Of a stretch of 64,000 nt of DNA, positions 39,892-52,400 are shown in pieces. The stretch covers positions 62,001 through 126,000 of the forward strand of contig JYFJ02000340.1 in the NCBI GenBank assembly GCA_000934665.2. The letters are read 5' to 3'. This stretch comes from Catajapyx aquilonaris (lineage: Eukaryota). How positions within the stretch are numbered: position 1 is the first letter of the stretch; the number at the start of each line of letters is the position of its first letter. The notes under the pieces are model-generated. The model was not told the DNA's origin. It did no database searches and saw nothing but the letters and a program-made list of their open reading frames with translations. The translations under genes were made by a program, and so were the position numbers.

Positions 39892-40059
39892 AGGATATTA
39901 CCAGAGAAAAATCTCGCTTCTGTTCCATCTGGAATTTATTATTTTGACAAATGTCTATCCAAAAACAGTGCGCACAATGCTGGGTCTCAATCCTGAGACG
40001 GTTCCGTACTACCGTATAAGCATACTTTGAGTTCAGATAATCAATTTTGCAACTACCCT
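39892..40059. mobile_element. Possible degenerate TTAA-flanked (Kolobok/T2-like) MITE
   Basis: TTAA|AGGATATTACCA...TGCAACTACCCT|TTAA; termini only partly complementary. Confidence 0.3.
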
Positions 40060-42229
40060 TTAAACAAAACTACCAGGAACTTAGCCAAAAGGCAGAAATT
40101 TATCCTCTTAAATCATCTACATTTTTTTTGCAACAGTTGAGGGCAAACTTATAAGCTACTGCCGAAGACAGCGAAAGAATTATATTGTATTCTTGGCAAA
40201 TGCGAACATGTCTCGTTTCTTATTACAATGCAGTTCCAACCAACAAAATAGCCTGTTGAACGTAGCAAATGTGATTATCGTTAAAAGAATTGTCACTTCT
40301 TCATAACATTGACTGTTTGTACTGCTTCTCGGCTTTAGCTTATAGCCAATAGATCTCCCTTATTGATTCACACTCTATAACACCCTGGGAATGTGTTGAC
40401 AATTCCGAATGCGAAAAGAAGAAAGGTAAACAAAGCACGTTTCCCTTTCCACTCCCTCCCTCCCTCATCATGTCCCTCCCTTTCCACTTCAGCGATTGCA
40501 AAATGTTCCTCACTCTGAAATGAAGAATACTCTAATTTGATCTAGATGAATTTTCTGGCTTCTTGAATCCCTTGCTTCCTCTGACGCTCAGATTAAGTCT
40601 ACTTTTCAATATCTGCCCCTATAATAGGCTCCGACTCCGACTTTTCTGGCACTGGAAGAGAAGCCTAGATGGCGCCACTGCTACGACGTCCTGAAATACA
40701 GTTCAGTACTGAATTTTTTGTGTCTGTAGTATACACCAGCAAGGCACAAACCAATGGAGTTTTTTTCCAATAGGCAAAGGCTGGCGGGAATATACGATAG
40801 CGAACTGCACAATGCTTGAATAATGATATTGTTGGGGCTTTGGAAGGTCCTGTATCATTTAGTTGGGTAAGATGGTCTGGTGAGCCCGGTCTTGCAATAT
40901 CAGAGGTATTGTCCGGGCACTTGCTATATAGTATGGAGTATACAAGGCAGCAGTGTGGTGAGGGAAAATTACACCTGGTGGAAGGCCAGAGAGAAAAGAG
41001 AAAAGGGGAAATAAAGAAAAAAATGAGTGATAACATTGGAAGCGGCTGTTGGCGGTGGTGGCGCCTAGTCCGGATTAGCCCCCCTGGTAAAGGATTTCGG
41101 CCAAGCGTGTCTTTTTCCATCTCTGGCCTCATCCGGCCCGAGCTTTATTTTCCGGGCATTCTCTGGCCAACATGTGGCAGCAACAAACGCGTCATTGTTT
41201 TCCCACTTGCACACATTTTGCTGGCGCCACAAAAAGTTTTACAGGTACTAGCCCACTACAATGTCACCCATAATGTCATTTGCTGTAACTGAACAAAGTA
41301 ATTCATGGACGCCAGCTTTTTATTTGCCTAATTCTATATACGTGTAGCCAGCAATAATTGATTGGATTTTCATGCGAATGCAGTATACGCCACGTCTCTC
41401 TCTAAACACCACCCATTAGTCCTGTCAATTAAATTCTGCGTCAATATTCCCTGATTAAATTACAGTTTACACTCTATCTCCCCAGCACTTGGGATCCCCT
41501 AGGCTTATCAGTTTACATTGTCGCGGTTGCTAATGTTGATTCGCCACTACGCTCGGCAAGTAGGCTTTTCCTCGGCCATGAGAGTGCTATTCGTTCAAAC
41601 TTAATAAGTCCGGGAGAAGGAGCCGTGTTTAGAAGCTCGTCAAACTCTCTCGACTGCAGCAGCCTACCCCTCCTTGGGAATCCATTTTCTGCCTCATTAT
41701 CTAGACACACACAACCTCAAGAAAAATGATAGCACTGAGGTTGTGAATGCGTTTTGGACGAGAAGCCTCCTGCTGCCTCACTGCATTATTTTGCATTTTC
41801 CACCACTCGTCTTAAGCTCCGTTGCTTCTTGCCGTATGATTTGCAATTTCCCTCAGACCAGCCCTGAAGGGAAAGGCTCCTTTCTGCTAGGCTACACTAC
41901 TCAAATGAGTTGGGACAAAGCTTTCGGACAGCCAGGTCCGAGGAGACACGCCCAATCACCCTAGATGGCCCACTTGATTCCACATTCCCGCATGCCCTGG
42001 GCTGTAAAGGCCTGGTAATGGGGGATTGGCCAGACTTAAGGCAGACTACAAGCCGTACCAATCCTACCGTACGAACAGGACTTTCAAAAAAAAAAAAGAC
42101 AAAAATGGACCCTGGACAGCTACTTTGAGAGTTAAACACTACATGTCATGCTGGCTGATGCAACCTCTTCCTGCGACCTCTGATCATACTCTCTTATTTG
42201 TGAATAAATTTGTTAGAATTTTTTACACC

Positions 42230-42285
42230 ATATCCTCCTGAGACCTGATGTCCAATATATTGGACATCAGGTCTCAGGAGGATAT
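42230..42285. repeat. Perfect 56-bp spacerless palindrome
   Basis: atatcctcctgagacctgatgtccaata|tattggacatcaggtctcaggaggatat; 28/28 pairs. Confidence 0.97.
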
Positions 42286-42382
42286 ACTGCAGGTCGAATG
42301 TTTCAAGTGCAGTACACAGGTAGTCCTCTGCCTATATTATTTTGGCAACTAACCTACATCTTAGATCTCCCCATCACTGTAA

Positions 42383-42714
42383 ACCCTAGTTTCCACCGGG
42401 ATAATTTTTGAGCACAAAATGAATAGCACAGAAATAGAGCACAAAATCAAATAAACTTATTATTACTTTATTACTTTATTATTGATCGCCTAGCAACAAA
42501 AAATTCTTATGGCTTGCATTTTGTCCAGAACAAAAATGATGCCGGTGGAAACTCTTCTTTCCACTGCACTGGCGTAATTTTGGTTCTGGACAAAATGCAA
42601 GCCAGAACAATTTTTTGTTGCTAGGCGATCAATAATAAAGTTTGTTTGATTTTGTGCTTTTCATTTTGTGCTTTTCATTTTGTGCTCAAAAATTATTCCA
42701 GTGGAAACTAGGCT
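42383..42714. mobile_element. ~330-bp foldback MITE, probably PIF/Harbinger-type
   Basis: ACCCTAGTTTCCAC...GTGGAAACTAGGCT termini, arms complementary nearly to the centre, internal AGCACAAAATGAA-like subrepeats; flanks TAA/AAA (imperfect TSD). Confidence 0.85.
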
Positions 42715-43769
42715 AAAGAGTCAACAAAATATGGGCGATTGTACATAAATATTATTATACCTGCGTCATATCTGATATTGATGCTCTAGTTCGAGTTGTC
42801 ATGAAGTACTGCATTTTGGCTTTTACATCGAAAAAGCAATATAATATATAGGCCCTATTGTGTATTTTATGACTTACGAGTATTTATACCGCTATATGGC
42901 CTACAACCCGTCTTCGCATTTTAAAATTGACACTGTGCCATTGCATCTCGTGTACATTTCTTGCTTTCAATACTTCCAAATAAATATGACGAAATAACTG
43001 CAACAATTAGTTTGTACAGGAGAAGTCATAATCCTAGGATATTGGTACAATCCTGGTATATTAAAGTACAGGACCAGAGAACGGCAATAAAGAGGTGTGC
43101 AATATAGTCTGACCATCTGAGCCAGAGCCCAGCGCTAATGCTGAACCTTTGTCTGTGAGATTTATGAAATTTTGGGCAGGTGTCGAGTTGGTTTGGTGGC
43201 TCAGTCTATCCCGGAAGTAGATAAAGGAAATGTCCGAAGGTTCCTCTCCCTCTAGACCTGCTTACGTAGGACAGTGTCCAACTTGCTCGCGAGAGCAGAT
43301 TAAAGGAGCTCGCAGGCTAAAACCCCTAGGCAAGGCGATGCCTCCCAAGTTAAGCTTGTGCAGCGTCTACTAGCTGCCTCCGACTAAAGCGACTTCTCTA
43401 ACTAACTGCTACCACATTATTTTCTTTTTCTTTATCAAAAGCGCCTTTTCGACATTAATTTTGCCTACCTACTTTGGTCACTGACACTTGAGACATCTCA
43501 TTAAAATGGCTGCCTTGTTTTGTGGGTATTTGGCTTCCGCCGCTCAATATTCGATTTGCATGGCATGACGGCATTGCCTTTCACTGTGGAAAATTGCTTC
43601 AACCGAGTAATGAAAAAGGAATTCCTCACCCAACTGACTAATTTCAGGTGCAGGCCCAGTCGACATATCCATATCAGGTACACTTCCAATGGCCCGAATA
43701 TTTGGAGACAGCATGATCTCATAGTGTGACACCACTCGCATCCACAAGATGGAGCCAGTTGCGAGTTGG

Positions 43770-43770
<1 letters not shown>

Positions 43771-43838
<68 letters not shown>

Positions 43839-44151
43839 AGTACCCCATTCTCAGGCCTTGGGCCCTTTTTAGGGACGTTTAATACCACTATTTTTGGAAC
43901 CATATAATGTATATTATGTTAATTGTTCCAAGGGTAAGTAGGAGGGAATGTGAAAGTGCATGTGAAATGTCGCATATTGGTCATTTCGTGAACTCCCCCG
44001 GGTGGATTAGTCTAGCGGAAATTTCCACCCAAGACGAAGCCAGAGATGGCCCAACTCTGCACGAGATGAAGGGGGAACCCCGGGCTGGGATCGAACCCGG
44101 GACCTTAACATCTGCGGGCGCGTGCGTTACCGCAGCACCACTCCGCCTCCC
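43771..44151 (-). mobile_element. Full-length tRNA-derived SINE with (TAA)n tail
   Basis: 11-bp TSD TGCGAGTTGGT (43760-43770, 44152-44162). Minus-strand head GGGAGGCGGAG-TGGTGCTGCGG (A box) ... GGTTCGATCCC (B box, 44097-44087); tail of about 22 TAA units at 43772-43837. Confidence 0.92.
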
Positions 44152-44236
44152 TGCGAGTTGGTAGTATTGCCAAGAGATGGCGGGATGCGGTCGGGTGGAC
44201 CTGGGGGGAGGGTTTAAGTTGTATGGTAGTCGTGAC

Positions 44237-44605
44237 CAGCCCCCGGACACTTCCTCTACAATCTTATCTTATCGCCTGCCGGGGCGTTTTGAATGAGGTG
44301 CTCACCCGAGAGCGCCATGAGACCTTTCACTGCGCTATTATGTGGCGACCCTACCGGACTACGCTGAACTTTATTGGTACAAACCGGAAGCGCTACATTG
44401 GGGGACCCAACATGGTCGCCGGCGGCCATGTTGGGCCCGCATGTAGCGGCTTCTCTTCTACTTTAGTTCAGCGTACTCCGGTAGGGTCGCCACATAATAG
44501 CGCAATGAAAAGCTGTCTCATGGCGCTCTCAAGTGAGCACCTCATGCAAAACGCCCCGGCAGGCGATAAGAGGGAGTGTCCATACCTTAGTATTCTAAGA
44601 CCATG
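44237..44605 (+). mobile_element. Foldback MITE family with 8-bp TSD (P-superfamily-like), copy C, uninterrupted
   Basis: Perfect TSD GTCGTGAC (44229-44236, 44606-44613); CAGCCCCCGGACAC...CCTTAGTATTCTAAGACCATG; 369 bp. Confidence 0.93.
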
Positions 44606-46446
44606 GTCGTGACAAAACCGGGGACGAGGCTAGTCTAATAAATAGGTTGTTGGCAACCCTGAATGACTCTGCGGAGTCAGGAGAGACGACCTAAGCAGAT
44701 CAGATTTGACAAGAGCCACCAGCAACTCCAAGTCAAATAGCCTGACTCTCACCTTGTGTCCTGAGCGCATTTGAAAATAATGGCATGTCGTAATAAGGCA
44801 TCCAACATCAGGGAGAGGGATGGGGGAGAGTGTCAGGAAGCGTGGGGAGAAACTTCGTCACCTCTGACTGATAAATATTCAAAGCGTCGGAATAAATGTG
44901 ACGCTACACGATGACAAAGAGCCGTCGGTATCTTGTGCAAAGCCCGTCCTACACGCATTTTATCATTCCAGCTGCACTTAACCAAGTCTAATCCCACTGT
45001 AGGGACAAGGATTACGCTGGATTGTCTCCTGAAAAGTCCCTTTCAGTTGGCCTACTCCGTCGTTTGTGGATTATTATTTTAATCGACGATATAGCAGCCG
45101 GCTGCCCTTTCAGCCCCACCATCCCTCGGCAGCCAACACAGGTCTCGCCACGCTTTTAATGAGGATTTGTTGCCTTCTACCCTCAAAAAAGGGAGAAAAA
45201 ACACAGAAAAAAGGGGAGCTTTCCAGCTGGTCTCACTGACTTTTCTCGTCAATTCCTCCGAGCCTGTTCCCAATCCCAAGATTCATAATGGTGGGCGCGG
45301 TTTCCAAAGTCGGCTTTTTGAGTCGACTCGCGACACTTGCTGGCACTCATCCCTGAATTTACAAATGGTCCTGGCATACGAAATCGATTCTCCATTTCAT
45401 CACCTTTGACGTGAAGAGAAACTGGGCTCTCCCTGGCCACTGTACACATCCAAGCCAGCCAGACCCCACTCGGACCGTCATTGACGGTCACACAGCAATC
45501 ACAACAATTTGTCAGGCTGTGAAGCGTTAGCACCAAACCCTGCAGTGGGTGGTAGGCATTCTTCAAAGGCCTTGCTTGCCAACACAAAACAACATGGACC
45601 CAACGCCTGGAAGAGAAAAAGCGCGGCCTTTAGCGTAATGCGGAGAGATAATGGGCAAGTGCAGCAGCGATGGCGGCAAAATTTGGCCGAGTGGGACTGG
45701 CTCATTATCTGCATGGAGTCGGCAGAATGGGTGCATATGAGCTAGGCTTGTTCTGGGATTAAGGCTGGCGTGGACAATCTGCCCGGAATACGGCAAGCTG
45801 ATAATCCGCTATAATTGAGGAAGAGCCGCGCCCGAGGTCTTGTCGCCCTTTCCCTGCACTCAAGTGGAGTTCTCGGGCCTAACGTTCCTTTTTTTTCAGA
45901 AGGGGAAGCCCCGACTTTGCTCCTGCCCCCTCCCTTTGCCTTAATCCTATCAAAGGATGAGCTCCCTGCTTGCTCTTTTTGTGGTTGGCCCCTCCACTAC
46001 AACTCTGTACAAATTACTCGCCCCGTTGCTAATCCGCACTTGTTGTTATGAAGGCGCCACCAACCGTTCCCCCTTCGTCGTCTTGAATTCCTGGAGGATA
46101 TTTTCACTTGGTGGAAGGAATGTGGATGTGCAAAGTTTCGCCAAAGTATAAAATACACTGTATAACAGGGGGCCACTCGCACAAGTAACGTCGAGTGTCA
46201 ATAACCTATTGTGGAGGAGACTTATTGATTGATGGTTGCTGAATGGGAATAGTGTCTGAAAATCTCTTGACACCGCGTGATACGGAAGGACAAGATGCAT
46301 GGTTTCGCATCTACCGATCGATTGCATCTAATCCTATTCCGCCCACCTCCCCTCTATGTCACGGAAAAAATAGGTTTCTAATCTCATGTTCCATCGCCAA
46401 TTCCATTACGTAGTATAGTGTGGGGTAACACTTTTAAGATGTGCGC

Positions 46447-46524
46447 CTGCGCGACGGAGGAAATTCTTAGACGAGTCTTCTACAACTGTAGAAGACTCGT
46501 CTAAGAATTTCCTCCGTCGCGCAG
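46447..46524. repeat. Perfect inverted repeat, 38-bp arms with 2-nt spacer
   Basis: ctgcgcgacggaggaaattcttagacgagtcttctaca-ac-tgtagaagactcgtctaagaatttcctccgtcgcgcag; no TSD evident. Confidence 0.97.
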
Positions 46525-48647
46525 CATATGGCGCCATGTATAATTATGACACTATTAGTAGTTTTTGTTAACAATGTATTCAATATATGGACCTGCTGTA
46601 TTGCCCAATCTCACAGAGAAGTGCGTTTTATCTCACATTGATTTCTCCATAACATATGGCAACACTGCAAACAGTTCAAGTAAAACACAGCTACATTGCC
46701 ATTTGAGGCGTGACTTTTCCCTCTTGTAAGAGACTCAAATGCATGTATTTCCGTGCGCAAAGTGCTGCCCCTTTGAAGTGCTCTTTCCGGATCCATTTTA
46801 AGATAAGTTTCACTCCAAGTCAGTTCCCCTCCTCATTACTAGCGGCAACTTGGATATATACATATGTAACGAGACTCCACTCCCCAACCTTGACAGAGAC
46901 CTTTGAATGGCAAATTGTAGCCGATGCGCTACCGTTGCATTTTGCAGGAGGAGGAAGCAAGGAAGAGGACAAGCACTCTGTGGTAATCCGACCCTATAGA
47001 AAGGAATAATTTCAGAGCTGCATGCAACCCAACTTGGTTTACAATAGCTGTTGTACATGTACCTACTACAAATGCATGAGCATACACTCCCAGTCATTAC
47101 AGAAATGAATCGAAATATTTACGGTACCAGCACTTCATGACCTAACCTTGTTAGCATTTCTGACTCGAGTTCATTGAAGAACTCATGTTGACAAGTGTCC
47201 TATAGGAAGTGATCCTTCCCAGAATCAGGTAAAACAAACTGAAAATAATTTGTTTTTGACCAAAAAGGACGAGACAGATGGGCGTGACTGAGGTGCAGTT
47301 GAGTGGCTGAAAAAACGGTCCAAATGAACCGAGTCAAGCGAGGCACTTCAGATCCCCGCAGAACGTGTCGTCTGACTGCGCAGTCTCCTTGCTATAAAAG
47401 CCCGGTGCAAAACAACCACAAAAGAAGTGGACCTTCTCCTCCATCGAGCGGGTGGGGGTGGGGGTGGGGGTGTGTGCAAAGAGAAAAACAAGTGGTGCAG
47501 TAAGCTTCGTATATCTCCAGAATTGACACCTCCAACAAGTATCCACATTGTGCAGTGTTTTATCTGGGCGGCAGATTTATGGCGAAGAAATTTCGCAGCC
47601 TCCAGTCTTCAGCAGCCCGCGCGCTCCTTTTTATCCTCTCCAGACAGGACCTTTGTTTGCTTCACCCCTGCAGCCGTCCAATTTGTTCCAATCAAATATA
47701 CTATACGTCACGGAGAGTCAAAAAAAGTTGGGGTGAAAGCAACGCGGCACGTGCCTTTTCTCCGCACCCATCACCATATTCGGTTCCCTTTTCAGGTTTC
47801 AACGACCTGGAAAATACCTGGATGTTTACACTGTCCGGCAGTCCCCTGTCAATTCTGAGACTTTAGGGGCATGTCGGAAATTTTTGACGTATGTCCGGAT
47901 CTACGTATGTCGGAGATTACCTGTATCTCCTGATTGAGGAATCGACGCAGGGACTGGCGACAATTCTTCAGACATTGTCCCCTGAAGTGAAATCAACACG
48001 TTGTTCATCTGCATCCTTTATTTCATTGGTTTTTCATCAGCAGTCGGTGCTGACGGGGACCACTAGTACCGCATTAAGAAATCTACGCCTTGCCCATTTC
48101 CGAATCATTCCAATATGTCAGCGCCCACCTTCCTTTGTTCAGAGTCGACTGCATACATCAAATCTGACACGCCATTTAGATTCTGTCGTCAGCAGAAATT
48201 TATGACTCGAAGACAAAATAAATAATACCGACCTTGTGAGGAAGTCCACCGTTTGGTTGGAAGTATTACGGTGCGCAATGTTTCACTCACCAGTGCATTG
48301 CATATCTTTGCGAAAAAATGTCTGTGTCCATCTATCATTTTACGGAGAGATAAACTGGGATAGTGTTGTAGTGAAAAAATGAGACATGTACAGTAATAAG
48401 GTGGTAAGAAAATCTATGGAGCGGGATTCAAACTAATTTGCATTACCGCAAAATCGCTAGATAAATTATGGTCGCGTTGCAGATATGCAAAAAATTATAT
48501 TCATATTCAGTATGAAGCTGATGTCACATTAGCCTCGTTGTCTCTCTTTGCTTTCAGTCTTTGCAGTTGGGCTATAGCCTACCAAACATTGATTTGCGCG
48601 GACCGTGATGATTGGTGCATCCCAACAATAAGATCTCTTTGATGAAC

Positions 48648-48710
<63 letters not shown>
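48648..48710 (+). repeat. (TAT)n microsatellite, about 21 units
   Basis: Read directly. Confidence 0.97.
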
Positions 48711-48711
<1 letters not shown>

Positions 48712-49173
48712 GTTAAACCCAGTTAATCCACAGTAATTGGGTTTCCGTCCGTCCCACCGTGGAGAAGAGAAACATGGGGACAAACCGAACTTACCACTCT
48801 GTAATACAAGTTTTAAACTTATTCACGTAGGTCTCCTTATAAGTTGAATGTACAAATTACACACATTAAGAGACCAACAAACAAAATTAACAATGTAATA
48901 GGACAGTTATAACGTAAAAGTATACTGTAGTCCAATAAAAATACGCATTAGGCTTTTAAGGGCAGATTGTATTACTGTATTAACTCTCCCACCGCCATGA
49001 GTATACTCTATTACGTCAGTTTTCTCTCTCTAGAAATTGAAGAACAAAAAAACGCACTCAAGAAGCTTATTGGTAATTTGCTATTCATTATTGGAAGGAA
49101 ACCATTTTGGCAATAACAAAGAACAAACGCAGATTGCCGGGTCACGCCCACTATCTATCACTTTTATCCTCAG

Positions 49174-49448
49174 AACCACCGGAACTGGTAGCACTCTCAG
49201 GGGCGGGAGGGGGACCGTCGCGGGTCGGCCAGAGAAGAAAATGGCCGAAACAGCAGGAGTGGACTGCTGCCACTGCCCAGGGACTCAGTGCCAGACCTGA
49301 CACACCTGCTGGTACTGGGTCCCTGGAGTGGCAGGTCAGCGCAGCAGAGGACGTCAGATATGTTGTACCCACAAAGGAGGATGGACATGGTGAAGTGCTG
49401 GCCATGGACCCATTCTCCCGAGAGTCACAAAGCAGTTCGCAAGTCTGA
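49174..49448 (+). CDS. Candidate terminal coding exon, unknown product
   Basis: Acceptor cacttttatcctcAG, then open frame (E)PPELVALSGAGGG...RESQSSSQV-stop in a GC-rich island within AT-rich flanks. The opposite strand is also open, so strand is uncertain. Confidence 0.22.
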
Positions 49449-52400
49449 AGATGCGTCAGGATAGCACATTGTAAAATGCCAGTTGCATGGATAGTTCTCG
49501 AAACCGTAAATGATTTTTAAAAATTATTGCCTTCTATCAAGGAAGTTTATTGACACCCTTGTTAATCTGGCTCCTGTGGAGATGATTAGAGCGTGAATGT
49601 CCTAATAGCCTGACGTTAGTAAAGTGCAATAATACTGATTCATACCGAGCATCCGGGCTGACAATAGCAGCATCATACGTTGTGGAGACCAATAAGAGTT
49701 GTAGTGTTTAGTGTGCATTAGAGTGTGTATGAAGTAGAATCACGTAGTGTAGAAGAGTAGGAGGCAGTGCGGCGGGTTTAATTACGAGGAGCGTGGCGCG
49801 CGCGCAATTGGAGCTGGCGGAGGGCCAGGCAAGCCAAGCCAGCCCAGTCCTGCTCTTATCCCCGCCACCCGTACGACCCCAAAGTGCGGGGATCACGCAG
49901 TATATCTTGTCCCGGAGCAATCAGGCCCATATCCATGTTAATTCTGAATATAAATCCATCCCCAAAAATTTCGAATTTGCATTTCGCAAGTTTTTCATCC
50001 CCCTCCCCCCCTCCCTCCTAACACAATCGCGGGCTTTTCCTTTTTGTTTGTGTGCATTTCGTGCCCCCTACGGCTCTCCCCCTTTGGTGTGTGTTTTTCG
50101 TCTCGGGCTCTTTAGTAATGAGGACTCGGTCCAATTACACCGAGGTCCTGACGCACCCTTTCCGGCCCATTAGAGCTTGTCCCACAGGGCTCTCCACTTT
50201 CGCAACACTTATTCCCCCACCCGCCCACATTATACGCTTGTGTAATAACGGTGCGGCCCTCATTACTCTCGCAATTGCCCAAATAAAGGCCTGTCATCAT
50301 TATCACAGGTTACCCAATCAGGTAGATAAATGTCGGGGCCAGATCCCTCCAACTTGGTATTTTCCTTGAAGGGACACAGAATTTCAATGACTTGGACTGG
50401 TCAGTCATTTTGTTCCCTCTTGAGTCCAGGTTCGATGAGGTACTTATATGCCGTGTTTTTGCAAATAGGAATACTATTAAGGGGTGCAGAAGTAATAAGT
50501 GGACAATGCAAGTCTCAGCAAAGTGATGAAATGCAAATGGTTTCCCTGATAAATGCTGGGGTTAATCGAGATCAATTCTGGCTTCCGACGCGTATAATTA
50601 CAGCAATCAGACTAATTTGCATTCCGGCTCTGATAACGACCTTCTAATGAGACATTCGGCTATGAGACGCAAAATTTCCCGGAACTGTTTGGGGATTTCT
50701 TATCTCCCTGGATGTATCCCGGAGGACCCCCACGCCGACTTGCACAAAAGCATCCCAGTACACAACACGCATCGTCCGTCGTTCGACTATAGGAGACGAT
50801 CGACTCCGCCGAAATCAAGTATAATATTGACACGCGCCTCGCTTCCTATAGTCGCTTAACCCCAAAATGACCCCCGCTTGTTTTGTTTGCCCAATTATTA
50901 GTGCACGGTACACATCATTCAATTAGTCGATCATTGTCGCTCATTGAACAAATTACATGTGTCGAGTTGCAGGTGCCGCGCACAATTATTTCACCCGTCG
51001 AATAATGGCCTCCAGTGGACAGACTAGCAATCTGAACCACAGCCGGTATCAGCACGTGCTGTGTGCGTTACTCACGTGTGTGCGAGAGAAACAACATGGC
51101 GGACCCCACTGCAAACTATCGAGCCCCCAGCTATAGCATATAGCCTGCTCCCTAAACAACCTCCCCACACCCCATGCACTTCAGTTTTAATTGAGAGCCC
51201 GCATTTCCTATATCATTCATCGCTGGTGAATTCAGACGTGGCGTCGTTTTCTAGCAGTTAAATCATCATCACGAGCGTCGATAACCATGTCAAACTCGGC
51301 AACATTTTTATGCCGCCATTTTCTGCCTGCCACTGGCTTTACTAGCTTCTGTTTTGGCATGGACGGATGCATGCAACTACCGGACCATCAATTTGGGTGC
51401 CGGTGGCTGGGCCGTATTATGATGAACTGGCAGACTGCAGTTACTTGGAGAAGAAGATTTTTATCTGTTATTTTTATTTTCACTCGGGTGTTAGAGGAGT
51501 AAGAGCGGAATTGAATGCCTGGACGCGGTTTCACGAAGAGTATCATGTGCTGGAGGGGCTGGTTGGATGGGGAGGATGGCCCACCGACTTACGACAGCCA
51601 TTCCGACGTGACAGTCCAAAACCAGAGCTCGTTGGAAAATGTGCAAAAAAATATCGCAGGACTGAGCCATAATGCGAGTAGAACGCCCCCCCTCTCTCCT
51701 CTTTTTGCCGTCATTGAGGCAAACCATTGGGGCATCGTAATGCTTGTAAATTACTCTATTTGCACGGCCAATTTCCAAAGCCCCTGGTCCGTTGCAACTT
51801 GGGTCCTGGTCGAATGTGCAGGGTAGTGGCTAGTGGGGTAGGCTAGGCTATATGAGGTCCCCGAGTGGAGGTTGGCATGGAGAGAAAAGTGAAGCGGAAA
51901 GCGCAGGTGACGCCACTTGTTTCCCTCATTCAGGACGGCGCCATTGTTCTGCGGACCTAGCTTCCGCCATGCACTGCACTCAGCATTGCCCTCCAGAGAC
52001 CTGCCACTACACCCTAAACACTACGGACACTGTGCACTACATGCCACCTGACTAATTGCCCCGCTCTATATACTCTATTACATGCACTATTTTTTTCCTT
52101 ATACTTTTGTGCTGATCAACAACCCTGGCACCATAGTTTGATGGGTACATACGGTACAAGCACGTAGACGGCAGCTATTTACAAAACACTTTTCAAACTC
52201 GACACTCTTCCCCCGGAAGGAATATCGTTGCATAAAGAATACCGTGCGGGACATCATCCCACCACCAGGTAACGTCAAACCTTTGCAAACACACTGAGTC
52301 AACAGTGCAGCAATCGCGTCCTTGGCTTCTTTCCTCATAAAAGCGATGTGTGAATGCACTTTATGGATAGCTGGTGGGGTAGTGTGGTGGAACGCTTGGT

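Noticed and set aside
43501..43848. Poly-Asn ORFs here and at 48529-48783
   Set aside because: They are produced by (TAA)n microsatellites.
44075..44151. tRNA genes here, at ~4955-5030 and at ~63640-63712
   Set aside because: Each is the head of a longer TSD-flanked, tailed SINE and lacks a proper acceptor stem.
50434..50540. Signal-peptide-like MRYLYAVFLQIGILLRG start
   Set aside because: No convincing splice donor or downstream exon; it lies within the enhancer-like block.
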